From assembly GCF_009914755.1 (NCBI RefSeq), contig NC_060936.1: DNA of 64,000 nucleotides. One strand, given 5' to 3'. The translations under genes and the position numbers were made by a program. This stretch comes from the human T2T-CHM13v2.0 reference genome, Homo sapiens. The stretch's first letter is position 1; every line of letters begins with the position of its first letter. Of this stretch, positions 42,961 through 57,170 are shown in pieces. A model generated the notes under the pieces. The model ran no database searches, was not told where the DNA came from, and was given only the letters and a program-made list of their open reading frames with translations.

Positions 42961-43859
42961 TTTTATTTTATTTTCTATTCCTCCCCCTGCACAGCCCCAA
43001 TTTTCAGAGAGAAAGAGAGATTGAAGTGGGTGAATTTGGCCTCCCTCCAGCCACCAATTGCCTTATACGAGACACTTCACATTTATGTTTAATAGCTGCC
43101 CTTTGAGTCAACTTGGACTTTGTTCCAAACCCTGACAGGCAATCCATAAACATTATCTGATTTAATCTTCACAACAACCCTAATTATTCTGGGAGTTCAC
43201 AGTCAAGGAATCTGATGCTTGGAGCATTTAAATAATAGCAAGAAAAGGGCAGAGCCAGGATTTAAGGCAATTCTCTCTCAGGTCCTTGCTCTTGACCTGC
43301 CGAGAAGTTGTGGTCAAGAACATATACTCCTGCCCTGGGCTCGACATTCAAATGTGGCTGAATCATGTATGGGCTATGTCCCCAGACAAGTCAGTCACTC
43401 AGCTCCATGCCTCAGTTTCCCCATCCATAGACTAAGGATAACACAACTACCCGCTTCATGGGTTTGGGGTAGCGGTGAGAATAGTAGCAACACCTAGCAC
43501 ATGCCAAGAGCTCCTCAAATGTGACTTGGCTTTTTTTTTCCTTTTTATTAACTACTACCTCTTCTTGACTCCCAGCCACATGGATTGAGAGAGGTTGTTT
43601 GCTGCTCTCTGGGACATTTTAGATTAAGCTCACCCTTTCTCCAGACCCTCATGAAATTTAAACCCCCAAAGTTGCTTTACTAGGCAGACGTCTGGTCTCT
43701 GAGCCACGAATGTGTCTGTTCTTAGTCCCATGTCCAGGGTCAGTCAGCTGTGGGTAGAGATAGATCATTGGCTTGTCTGAGGCCACGCGGGAGCCCAGAA
43801 TCGAAAGCCGGATCTGAGCCTGATGTGGCCTTTCCATGGCTCCAGCCCCATCCCACACT

Positions 43860-44245
43860 CTTTCCTTTCTTTTTTATAGAGATATAATTCTCATGCCATA
43901 AAATGTACTGTTTTAAAATATACAGGTCAGTGGTTCTTAGTATTTGCAAGGTTATGAACCATCATCCCTATCTAATTTCAGAACACGTGCATCACCACAA
44001 AAGGAGACGTCGTACCCATTACCAGTCACTTCCCTTCCCCATCCCTGCAGCGCCTGACCACCACTAATGCCGTTCTGTCTGCGGATTTGCCTGGTGTGGA
44101 CATTTCGTATGAGTAGGACCATGTAATATGGGGCCTTTGTGTTGGCCTTGTTTCACCTCACACAACATGTTCATGATCCATCCATGTTGTTGCATGCATG
44201 CATTCCTTTTTGTGGCTGAATAGTCTTCCGTTGTGTGGATGTAAT
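43860..44245 (-). mobile_element. L1MB-type 3' end
   Basis: GAGATATAATTC...CTAATTTCAGAAC...GGACATTTCGTATG...TCCATCCATGTTG. Confidence 0.75.
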
Positions 44246-44420
44246 ACATTTCCTCACTCTTTTCTACTCTGCAGGAGAACCCTTGGGGGATATTCGAGGT
44301 GGGGCGTTTTACACCCATTCCTGGGACAAATCCCCCATCTCTGTGGCCAGTGAGTCAAACTCCCCTAACATATTTCAGTCTATTCACACTTCCGAGTCTT
44401 TTTAACACTTCCGTGTTAAG

Positions 44421-45046
44421 GAACATGGATTTACTTCTGGAATGACTTCATGAAATTACTTCTATGTATAGGTACGTGTGCCTGCATGTATGCGTGTGTG
44501 TATGTGTGTGTGCTTGTGTTTGTATATGTGCGAGTGCCTACTCTGTAGGCCTGCCACATCAATATCATGCACACACAGGCACTCACACATACAGGCACAT
44601 GCACCCACATACAGGCACACCCACCCACATGCACGCACGCAGGCACTCACACAGGCACACACACATACAGGCACAAGCACCCACATGCACGCACACAGGC
44701 ACACACACCTGCACGCACGCGGACACTCACACAGGCACACACACATACAGGCACATGCACCCACACGCACGCACGCGGGCACTCACACAGGCACACACGC
44801 ATACACACAGGCACACGCACCCACACGCACGCACGCGGGCACTCACAGGCACACACACATACAGGCACAAGCACCCACACGCACGCACACAGGCACATGC
44901 ACCCGCACGCACGCGGGCACTCACACAGGCACACACACATGCGCACAGGCACACGCACCCACACGCATGCACGCAGGCACTCACACAGGCACACACACAT
45001 GCCTGTGTGTGTTCCATGAAGTCGTTCCAGAAGTAATTCCATGTTC
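44421..45046. repeat. Composite bounded by 32-bp inverted repeats (44421-44452 / 45015-45046) enclosing TG-rich and CA-rich arrays
   Basis: GAACATGGATTTACTTCTGGAATGACTTCATG versus CATGAAGTCGTTCCAGAAGTAATTCCATGTTC, 30/32 complementary. Confidence 0.9.
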
Positions 45047-45712
45047 TTATTTATTTAAAAGTTAAAAATATAGTTCACCTAGAAAATGGCCAAACTAATT
45101 TACATTTATGAGGGTAAATCAAACAACAAAAATGTGTTTTCTCAGAAGCCTCTGGCTTTTTTCAAATTTGAAATGACCATGATTTAAAGAACCCTACCTT
45201 ATTGATTATTTTCAGCAAAACAGAACAGTTCTCTGATTTATGACGGAGGTGGGTGGAGGGCTTCAGAGCAAGGTAAAAGGAGAGAAAAAACATTTAATAA
45301 TACAAAAAGCTTCCAAGTCATAGTTATGCCTTTGTCGTGTTCTGAGGCCTTGAGACAGTGTTGATAAGCGGTCTCTAACACCTACTGGGGTCGGCAGGAA
45401 TTGTACACCTGTGTGCTTTCAGGAAGCAGGTTGCCTTCTGTGATGCTAAACTCATCAGAGCCGGATGGGGCCAGAGGAAAGGCAGCTAGCAGTGTAAGCC
45501 TTCTTCCGAGCAGTGCTAAGCAGCAGCATAAAGGGAAGCGGCATCCACCGCCAGCCAGCCATGCACATGATGTGTTCTTCTTGGTCCCGCGGGGGTTTAG
45601 GTGGGTCTCAGAAGACAGAACAATTGTATACACATAAATAGTGTGCTAGGCATATTGCTGTGAATTGGCCTCAACTAAAAAGGTATTTGAGAGGTGCAAC
45701 CAGATGCAAAGA

Positions 45713-47155
45713 ACTCTGTAGGCCTGCCACATCAATATCATACACACAGGCACTCACACATACACACAGGCACATGCACCCATATGCACACAGGCACTCA
45801 TACATATACACACAGGAACTCACACTCATACATATACACACATAAGCACTCTCACATACACAAACACAGGCACTCACACATACACAGGCACACACACAGG
45901 CACTCACACACACATAGGCACATGTACCCATATGCACACACTCACACATACACAAACAGGCACACACACACACAGGCACATGCACCCATATGTAAACAGA
46001 CACTCATACCTATACACACAGGCTCGCACACACATAGGCACTCGCACATACACAAACAGGCACACGCACACACAGGCACTCACACATACACAAACAGGCA
46101 CACACACACAAATAGGCACATGTACCCATGTGCACACAGACACACATACACAAACACAGGTGCACACACACACAGACACAGGCACTCACACATACACAAA
46201 TACAGGCACACACAGGCACATGTAGCCATACACGTAGGCACTCACACACACACAAACATAGGCGCACACACACACAGAGGCACAGGTACCCATATGCACA
46301 CAGGCACTCACACATACACAAATGCAGGCGCAAAAATACAGGCGCACACACACACACAGGCATATGCACCCATATGCACACAGGCACTCACACATACCCA
46401 AACACAGGCGCACACACACACACACACACACACACCCAGGCACATGTACCCATAAACACACAGGCATACACACATACACATACAGGCACACACACATTCA
46501 CAAGCACTCATACACAAACACAGGCACACACATACACCCAGGCACATGTACTCATAAGCACACAGGCACTCACACACACAGGCACACACACATTCACAGG
46601 CACACACACATTCACAGGCACTCATACACAAACACAGGCACACACACACACACATACACACAGGCACACGTACCCATAAACACACAGCCACACACACATT
46701 CACAGGCACACACACATTCACAGGGACTCATACACAAATACAGGCACACACACACACACGGGCACATGTACCCGTAAACACACAGGCACTCACACACAGG
46801 CACACACACATTCACAGGCGCACACACATTCACAGGCACTCATACACAAACACAGGCACTCATACACAAACACACAGGCACACACACACACACAGGCACA
46901 CATACCCATAAACACACAGGCAACCACACACACAGGCACACACACATTCACAGGCATTCATACACAAACACAGGCACACACACACATACACACAGGCACA
47001 TGTACCCATAAACAGGCAGCCACACACACAGGCACACACACATTCACAGGCACACACATTCACAGGCACTCATACACAAACACAGGCACACACATACACA
47101 CAGGCACATGTACCCATAAACACGCAGGCACTCACACACACAGGCACACACACAT
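45713..47155. repeat. CA-rich degenerate minisatellite (CACACAGG-based), ~1.4 kb
   Basis: Recurring CAGGCACACACA, CATGTACCCATA and CACATTCACAGG; starts with the same 29-bp header as 44540-44568. Confidence 0.92.
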
Positions 47156-47159
47156 TTTT

Positions 47160-47296
47160 TTCTCTCTGCCTTCATGAGACACTGAATCTTGCACTTGGAC
47201 TTCCCAGCCTCCAGAACTGTAAGAAACAAATTTCTGCTGTTTAGAAGCTACCCAGTCTATGCTATTTTCTTATAGCAGCCTGAATGAACTAAGACA
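47160..47296 (+). mobile_element. MaLR LTR 3' fragment (MST/MLT1A-like)
   Basis: TTGGACTTCCCAGCCTCCAGAACTGTAAGAAA...GAACTAAGACA. Confidence 0.75.
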
Positions 47297-47637
47297 GTCT
47301 AGGATTCAACAGTCGAAAAGATAGATGACATAGCCCAACCCCTGCTAATTTGTAAAATGAGGAAACAAAGATTCCAAGAGATATGATATGTGATCAGGAT
47401 TGCACAGGAAGTTAATGGGAAAGCAAGGAGCGGAATCCAGGAGTCCAGACTCCAGGGCCCACCACTTCATAGACACCAAACTACCAGTCAGAAGAGTGGT
47501 TTTAAATACAGGGAACTTCCTCCATGTCACAGCCAGTTTATTCTGGAGGCCAAAGTTTCCTTTTATCATTTGTTATTTCTATGACTATTAATTCTCTGCT
47601 CCTGAAATTGATATTGGTCAGTGAAAAATATATATGT

Positions 47638-47992
<355 letters not shown>

Positions 47993-48794
47993 TTAGGTAG
48001 AGTGTGTGAACATGTGTGTGTGTGCGCATGTGTGCGTGTAGTTGCAACAGCCGTTAGAAAACTAATCACAATCCATGAGGGAATGTACTGCTTTAATGAA
48101 GCCATTAGCCAAAGACCATTCTGAGAGAGAAAATGTAAAGACTGAACTCCGAGCACATTACCTGTAATGAACCTGAAAATAGACCTGGGGAATTTCTAAA
48201 GTATTCTTAGCCTCCATAATAGACATTGTGCAAGCTGCCTGGATTGCAGCCCAGCTCCAGGAATCCCACGGACCCAGGAGAAGACACAGCCGAGGGTGGT
48301 AACTGCTGGCTGATGCAAAAGCATCACAGAGAGGCCGAGGCTCTACTTAAAACTCATAACTCTTTTAGCTGCGCCCTTGTTTAATGCAAAAGGTCATTTT
48401 TGTGTCAATTGCTTCCCTGGAGAAAGAACGGAGAAAATCTTTTTCCACCTCCTGCTTCACACCAGAGCAGTGTTTCTGGAAAGGGACTTTGTGAGAAACT
48501 GGCATCATTAGATGTCCCAAAGCCAAGGCCCTTTTTCATTTTCATCTGTCCATAAAGAAAAGAATTATAAAAAGGCAATCAGGTAGTATCCTACAAAATC
48601 AAATAGAAGGTATTTTCGTCATCACCTGGCAGATCACAACATACATGAGAGGTGTGACACTAATAGTTTTGCGTGAAGTCGTCTGAGCAGGATAAATCAA
48701 AGTCCCCATTGACTGTGATGGAATGGGCTCCCATGGAGCAACAGAGGAAGGCACTTTGCTTTGCTTTAGTCTTCATTTTTTAAAAAATGAAGGT

Positions 48795-49120
<326 letters not shown>

Positions 49121-49402
49121 TCAAGAAAATTGACAGCATATAAGACATTGTTTGGCCCTCTGAACACAATCATATCCCATGCTATAGGCATTTCAGGTAC
49201 ATGAGCCAATAAATTTCCCTTATATATAAAGTAAAAAAGAAAAAGAAAGTAATGGTTGAAGACATTCATTCCACCTTATTTGGGAGACACAGCCCATTAT
49301 TTCCTGCTTTTAGTATCCTTGAAGGTGATCTGGACTTTGCAAAACCTTCTTCAGCTCTTCTTTTGTTGCTGGGAGCAATCCAGGATCTAGCCCGTAAGGA
49401 TC

Positions 49403-49864
49403 TGTGTTAGTTTCCTGATGCTGCGATGACAAATTAACACAAATGTATCATCCTACACTTCTGGAGGACAGAAGTCTGAAGTGAGTCTTAAGGGGCTAAA
49501 GTTAAGATGTTGGCAGGGCTGCACTCCTTCTGGAAGCTCTCAGGGAAAATCTGTTCCTTGCCTTCTCCAGCTTGCTTCTAGAGACTGTTCACATCTCTTG
49601 GCTCATGGCCATATCACCCTGACCTCTGCCTCCACTGCAACATCTCCTCCTCCTCCTCTGACCTTCATGGCTCCCTCTTATAAGGACTTTAGGATGACTG
49701 GATCCACCTAGATAATCCAGGATAATTCTTCCATCTTAAGATCTTAATTCAATCACAATTGCAATGTCCCTTTTACCATGTAAGGTAACATTCACAAATC
49801 CTGGAGATTAGAGCATGGATATCTTTTGCAGGAGGTGAGAGGAAAGCATTATTCAACTTACTGT
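49403..49864 (-). mobile_element. MaLR LTR (MLT1C-like)
   Basis: TGTGTTAGTTTCCTG...CAGAAGTCTGAA...GATAATCCAGGATAAT...TGTAAGGTAACATTCACA. Confidence 0.8.
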
Positions 49865-50192
49865 GCTTGCTCAAGGTACCCAGGGTTAGTTTCTGTTGCT
49901 TACAACCAAACCTAACTGATGTATTACTTCCACTTGGTCTCTGCAATAAAGAAAAAGAATAAATACTTTTTGATTGTTGTTGAAAACTAGAAATATGATC
50001 ATAAATAAACTAAAAGTAAACTGTTAAACATTCTTGGTAAATTGTTCCAAAGAATAGCCCTTTATTCCAAGTCCTGGTACAGTATGTAAATGGTACAGTG
50101 TGTCTTGTACAAACAAGGACAGCCTGGTGTTTACCCTGGGAGATTCCCCCTAGAATTGTCCAGTTCCCAACAGAATGGAATATCTCCCTTGA

Positions 50193-50426
<234 letters not shown>

Positions 50427-50684
50427 TAGGGACATTTAGACTGAAATACATGACGTTCAACTATACAGAGGCTTATGTGCAACACACTTCCAGCTGATCC
50501 ACTCAACGTGTCCATTGCCATCTCTTTGTTTTCACATCATGCCAACCTGGTTAGGGTTTTTGGTTCATTCCTGTCTTTCTTCCTTTATTTGACAATTAAA
50601 AATTGTGTGTGTGCATATACCTGTATAATGCACAACATATTATTTTAAAATACATATACATTATGGAATGGCTAAATTGAGCTA

Positions 50685-50765
50685 TTAGGCCAATGCAAAA
50701 GTAATTATGGTTCTTGCCATTACTTTTAAATGGCAGAATCCACAATTACTTTTGTACCAACCTAA
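50685..50765. mobile_element. MADE1 (mariner/Hsmar1 MITE)
   Basis: ~80-bp palindrome TTAGG..TGCAAAAGTAATT...AATTACTTTTGTACCAACCTAA flanked by TA. Confidence 0.88.
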
Positions 50766-50864
50766 TAATTAACATATGCATAACCTCACATCTCACATAC
50801 TTATCTTTTTTATGTGATGAGAACTTAATCTACTCTCTTAGCAATTTTCAAGAATATATTATTA

Positions 50865-51266
<402 letters not shown>

Positions 51267-51854
51267 CTATCTCTGCTCCTATCAGTTCAACTTCACTAGA
51301 TTCCACATGTACGTGAGATCGTGCAGTGTTTGTCTTTCTGTGCCTGGCTTACTTCACTTAACATGATGTCCTGTAGGTTCGTCCACATTCTAACAAATAA
51401 TAGGATTTCTTTATTTTTTTAAGGTTGAACAGTCTTCCATTGTGTTTATACACCACATTCTCTTTACCCACTCATCCCTTGATAGACCATCAGTGGTGCT
51501 TTGGACTATGGGTCAAACTCTGAATGCCTACTGTAGCTAAGCAGGTAACTTCAATAAGTGAAGTGGTAAATTGGTTCTGCCTATTCTAGAAGAGCAGCCA
51601 AGATTCTGCTCTTTGTCTTTCCCAGCAAGGAAATTGCTATAACCAGCTGTGGTCATGAGGTAGTGGGATTTCAGTATTTTATGTCTCCAAAAGAACGGAA
51701 AATCTAGATTTCTGGTTAAAAAAAGCAACAACCTTGTTTTTCAAGGTTAGCAGCAAATTCTAATTGTTTTTAATGGGCAAAAAAATAAAAAACAAAATAC
51801 ATTTGTGCTGTGGGTTGGCCGATGGGGTAACTGTTTAAAAGCACCCTTAAAGAG

Positions 51855-52070
51855 TAGGGGTTGGCAAACCATGAGCCATGGGCCAAACCTAGTCACTGCC
51901 TATTTTGTAAATAAAGTTTTATTGGGACATAGCCACTCAAATTCACTTCCATTTTGCCTGTAGCTGCTTTGGGGGCTACCACAGGAGAATTGAGTAGTTG
52001 ACAGAAAACATATGGCTTAGAAAGTCTAAAATATCCAGCATTTTGCTCTTCCCAGAAACGGCTTGCCTAG
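51855..52070. mobile_element. MER58A-like hAT element
   Basis: AGGGGTTGGCAAAC...GTAAATAAAGTTTTATTGG...CATAGCCAC. Confidence 0.75.
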
Positions 52071-52747
52071 AGTAATGTGTGCTCTAGAGTCTTAAGTTTT
52101 TTGGAGGAAGAACTGCAATTCCTGGTGTTTCCCATCATTAGTCATGATGCTACACCACAATGCTTGCTTAAAGAATAAGGCGATGTGAGGGCTTTACCAA
52201 GCCAGAAATGAAGCATTTTGTCTCTCTCTGTATTTTTCTGTAAACCCTGGAAACACATCCAGGAAAAAACAAATATCAAAAAAAGCATTCGGGTAGTGAT
52301 TTTTGTTTCCCTCAAATCAAGTCTGACAGATAGCAACCAGCCTTCTCTCTCGTGTTTAAAACTCCATGTCTGAGTAGAAGAGAAGTTTACAAACTGTTGA
52401 GGTGGATAAATGGCATGGAAAAACACTTCTCTGCAAACCCCACCCCCAGAACAAGCAATAGACCACCATGCTAGACTGTCCACTGGGCTCAGCGCCACCA
52501 TCACACAGCGACGTCCACACTCAACCATGACAGCATTCCAGTAGGTGGCAGTAAACATTCCAGCAACATCCATATACTATGACGATTCTTCTGACTGTTG
52601 GAGGTAGTATCTCAAGAAAGGGCTTTTTTCCCTAATTTACCCGGAAGTGATATATGACCTGGTGGTGGCCTTCAATACAGAGTGCTTTAACAGAAAGACC
52701 ACAAAGCCCATGGGAGGAAGAGGAAAAGGGGGATGAAGTTCTAAATC

Positions 52748-53063
52748 ACACTGTCCAATGGAAACACAATGTGAGCCACATATGAAATTTTAAATTTTCT
52801 AATAGCCACATTCAAAAAAAGTTTTAAGAAAAGTTGAATTTAATTGTAATAATGCATTGTGTTTAACCCATTATATTAAAACTTTACCATTTCTACATGT
52901 AGTCTATATAAACATTAATAATGAAATATTTTACTTTTTTTTACACTAAGTCTTTGAAATCTAGTATGTGTTTTATACTAACAGCACACTGAAATCGAAA
53001 CTAGCCCCATTTCCAGTGCTTCATAGCCATGTGTGGCTTGTGGCTCCCACAGTGGACAGCACA
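52748..53063. mobile_element. MER33-like hAT element
   Basis: CACTGTCCAAT...AATAGCCACATT...GTGGACAGCACAG. Confidence 0.75.
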
Positions 53064-53664
53064 GGTCCTTGTTGGTCACTGGCCTTTGTCACTGATTTGC
53101 AAGCCCCCTAAAAGCCAGAACACTTGATGAATGTAACGTGTTGATAAGACACCTCCAGTACTGATAACTTTTCTAGAGGTAAAGAACCTTTCAGCCTACA
53201 AAAACCAAGAGGGAAACAACCCAAAATTTATCACAGCTGTATACATAGCAATCCTTAACTACTCTTAAGACAATTTTGACAGGAAGTCCATTACTAATAT
53301 CTCCAGGAATTATAATCAGTATCTTTAGGGAAATAAATGTATTCAAACAGAAAATTGCCTCCTGAAATGAATCCAGAGTTGATACCCCTGGCTGTTGACA
53401 AAGCAATGTGAAATCTTGAGTCAGCAGAAACTGGGTGAGGACATCCGAGCAGGCAGGCTCAGTGTACATGAGCACAGTCCATAGGACCCAGGCTTGGCTG
53501 TGGCCTTGGGTCTGATGAGATCAATGATATTTTCAGTGCTAGTTGGGTACAGCTCAGAATGCCATGGAGAGAAGATGGGGAGGGAATTGACATTTAATCA
53601 GTGCCTAGTCTGCAGCAGGCCCATGAGGTTTTGGATTTAGGCAGTTCAGAGTTCTGTCAAGAAT

Positions 53665-54490
53665 TCTGAAGGCTCTGAGATTGCACCCTAGTGTAAACTG
53701 GCAAATCAAACTGTCACAGTTTTGTGGATGCTGGCAGAAGACACAAGACCCCGAGGTCAGAGACAAATGACAGTCACTGTATCAGCATCTTTCTGCACCA
53801 GTTGCCTGGGCTTCAGTTCCCACCGGCTTATGCAGAAGAGGCCAGTGACACTTGCACATGTAGTGGATCGGGTTTCAGGAGAGGAATGCTGGCCTTCGAG
53901 AATGTGCATCTTTTATCATGGGCTGTATGTTTGTGTCCCACCCTGAATTCATATGTGGAAGCCCTTAACACCCAATGCAATGGTATTAGAGGTAGGGCCT
54001 TTAGGAGGTAATTAGGCTTCAATGAGGGTGGAGCCCCACGATGGCAGTAGTACTCTTATAAGAAGAGGAAAAGAGACCAGAGCTTGCTGTCTCTCTACTA
54101 TGTGAGGATATAGCAAGAAGGCAGCAGTCCACAAGCCAGGAGGGCTCTCAGTAGAACCCAGCAATTCTGGCATCCTGATCTCAGACTTCCCAGTCTTCGG
54201 AACTGTGAGAAATAAATGTGTGTGTGTTGTTTAAGCCACCTGACTTATGGTATTCTGTTAAAGCAGGCCAACCTGACTTAAGACAGGCAGGAAGCCTGCC
54301 TGACCTCCCCAAAGAGACAATGCCTTTATCATACTGGGCCTGAAGCTCCAGAAGAAGGCACTGTCTGTCTTCCAAGACTGTTCACTATATAAAACACCTT
54401 TGAAAAGACCTTTCAGAACAAAAATAGTCTATGCTCTGTTTGTACAATGTGCTGAAATGCAAGCATATCATGGAGAATGTCTCCCGAAGA
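53665..54490. mobile_element. Probable ERV LTR (family unresolved) split by MLT1A
   Basis: GGATGCTGGCAGAAGACACAAGACCCC...TCAGAGACAAA; continues after 54285. Confidence 0.45.
53914..54284 (+). mobile_element. MLT1A-type MaLR LTR
   Basis: AATTCATATGTGGAAGCCC...GGGCCTTTAGGAGGTAATTAGG...GACTTAAGACA. Confidence 0.8.
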
Positions 54491-54814
54491 ATTCCTGATG
54501 GCTTTGCCACATTCAAGCTGTGCAGCCTTGAGTGAATCATACAGCGTTCCCTCCAGTACTCAGTCTCCTTCTTAGTAAAGTGAGGATAAGCATAGTTCCT
54601 AATTCAAAAGGTCAGCATGAGGATTAATCAGTTTTATAAATGCAACAGAGAACATGACCTAGTAGCCAGCATATAGTAAGGGCTTAATAACTCAGAGTCA
54701 ACTCTGGTCATCTCATGTAATCCTCTGATTAGGTAGATCAGGGATTAAGACTGGAGGCTTCCAAGTATATTTGTGTGATATGCACAGTGTTGCTTAAAAA
54801 TATAAGAATTGGAT

Positions 54815-55385
54815 GCAACTCACTTCAAATGTACAATTCAGTGATTTTTAGTAAATTATGCTAAGTTTGGCAACCATCACCATGATCCGATTTTATAACA
54901 TTTTTGTCACAGTTAATCCCCATTCCCATCCCTGGCCCCTGGCAGTCACTAAGCTGGTTTCTGTCTCTATAGATTTGCCTGCTGTGGGCATTTCCCATGA
55001 ATGGCATCATACAATACATGGTCTTTTGTGTCTACTTTTTCCACTTAGCATTGTTTTCGAAGCTCATCTACATGGTAGCATGGGGCAGTAGTTTGTTTCT
55101 TTTATTGCGGAATAGTATTCCACTGTATGGATATACCATATTGTGTTCATCCATTCACTCAGTTGGGTTGTTTCCACTTTTCAGATGTTTCATCCATTTA
55201 TGAATCATGCTGCAATGAATATTCACATTCACGCCTTTGTGTGGACATACATTTTCATTCCTCTTGAGTAGATACAGAGGAGTAGAATGGCTTGGTCATA
55301 TGGTAACCTTACATTTAATGTTTGAGAAACTGCCAAACTTTTTTCCAAAGTGGCTATACCATTTTGCATTCTCACGAGTCATATC
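54815..55385 (-). mobile_element. L1MB-type fragment
   Basis: TGTACAATTCAGTGATTTTTAGTAAATT...AAACTGCCAAACTTTTTCCAAAGTGG. Confidence 0.78.
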
Positions 55386-55471
55386 TGAGGGTTTCCTCTC
55401 CAGCTTATTGGGAAAATCCAGCAGATCTGGCAGAGCTACAGTGTGCTCACCTGGCAACACTGTGGGGTGCC

Positions 55472-55710
55472 CTTTATTTATTTTTTCATTTTTCCATAAG
55501 TTATTGGCGTACAGGTGGTATTTGGTTACATGAGTAAGTTCTTTAATGGTGATTTGTGAGGTTTTTGGTGCAACCATCACCCGAGCAGTATACACTGCAC
55601 CATATTTGTAGTCTTTTATCCCTTGCCTCCCGCCCCCAAAATTCCCCCCAAGGCCCCAAAGTCCATTGTATCATTCTAATGCATTTGCATCCTCAGAGCT
55701 TAGCTCCCAC
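55472..55710 (-). mobile_element. L1PB/L1MA-type 3' end
   Basis: CAGGTGGTATTTGGTTACATGAGTAAGTTCTTTA...CCCAAAGTCCATTGTATCATTCT. Confidence 0.8.
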
Positions 55711-56289
55711 CGGCACCTTCTGATTTATCACAGTTGCCTTATGTTTGGTCCACTTCCATTATCTGCTTGGCCCGTGTAAGCACTTGAATGTGTGTAGATG
55801 GGACAGTACCCAATGTGTAAATGTGGAGGCTGAGATTCAGCAGGAGGACTTGGGTTTTATGATTTTGCTTTCTCACTTTTCCTTTTTCTTTCCTTCATTC
55901 TTTCCTTCTTTGTTTTCTTTCTTCCTCTTTTCCTCCTCAATTTCATTCAGCCAACATTTATTAACCAACTACCACATTTAAGGTTCTGTGATTTTGGTAA
56001 GGAAAAAGCAGATGAAGAAAGTGAACCTCTCAGGACTCACAGCCAAACAGAAGAGGTAAACATGCGAGACTTTATTTTGCATACCAACTCATTTACTACT
56101 CATAACATCTGCATTATCGCTATTATTAATTCTGTCTTATAGTAGAAAAAAACTGAGGCTCAGCAAATGGAGGCCACCTGCCTGAGGTCACGCAACTTCT
56201 ACATGGCAGAGAAGGGATTCTAACTAGAAGGCCAAAAGCTCTTGACCATTAGGCTATATAGTCTCTGTACATTCAAATTTTGCTTAACA

Positions 56290-56641
56290 TTTTACTTTTT
56301 ATTTGGAATTTCAAACTTATCTCAAAGGTTGCAGTGACTGGACAAAGTATACTATATACCCTTTACTGAGGTTCTACTGTTGTCAATATTTACCCATTTG
56401 CTTTTTCACAGTTTCAGTCTCTCTCTCTCTTTCTCTCTTCCCATCCTCTAGATAGACAGATAGACAGATAGGCAGGTAGATGGATAGATGGATGGATAGG
56501 TGGATATGTGAATAGATGGGTGGGTGGACAGATGGAGGAAGGGAGATAGATAGATAAGATAGGTGATTAATAGATTATTGGTAGGTAATAGGTTAGATAG
56601 ATAAGTGATAGATTAGATAGATGGTAGATTTAGATAGATAG

Positions 56642-56703
<62 letters not shown>

Positions 56704-57170
56704 GATAGATTTGTTGCTGAACCACTTCAGAGTAAGTTACATATATCAAGGCCTTTTAACTCTAACTACTTCAGTGTATATTTCCTAAGAATAAGAATAT
56801 TCTTTTACATACCCACAGTCATCAACTTCAGTTAATTTAATGTTGATACAATATATTATCTAATCCATATTCTGTTTTCCAATTTTGTCAGTTGGCCAAC
56901 CGTGTCTTGTGGAGGAGCATATTTTTCTGCAGTACAAGATCCAATCCAGGCTCACATGCACATTTAATTGTCACGTACTCTAGCCTCCTTTAAGCTGAAG
57001 CAAGTCCTTAGCATTGCCCTGTCTTTTAACGCACAGAATACTCTTGAGAAATACAGTCCTTTTTTTTTAAATTTTTAAATAAAATATTCCTCATTTAAGA
57101 TTTCCTGGTATTTCTTCATTTAGATTCACATTTGCATTCCCAGCAAGGATAACTATACAAGTGACGATAT
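56290..57170 (-). mobile_element. L1MC/MD-type fragment containing a GATA tract
   Basis: AATTTCAAACTTA; CAGTGTATATTTCCTAAGAATAAG; CATTTAATTGTCA. Confidence 0.6.
56643..56710. repeat. Tetranucleotide STR [AGAT]12 AAAT [AGAT]4 within a larger GATA-rich tract (~56449-56710)
   Basis: Direct count from sequence. Confidence 0.93.

Noticed and set aside
44431-47229. Long His/Thr- and Cys/Val-rich ORFs up to 253 aa
   Set aside because: Artefacts of stop-poor CA/TG arrays.
48389-48396. NR4A NBRE AAAGGTCA (also near 16302 and 54607)
   Set aside because: A few isolated 8-mers are expected by chance in 64 kb.
52142-52573. 143-aa minus-strand ORF in non-repeat DNA
   Set aside because: No recognisable domain, splice context or compositional signal; its length is within chance range.
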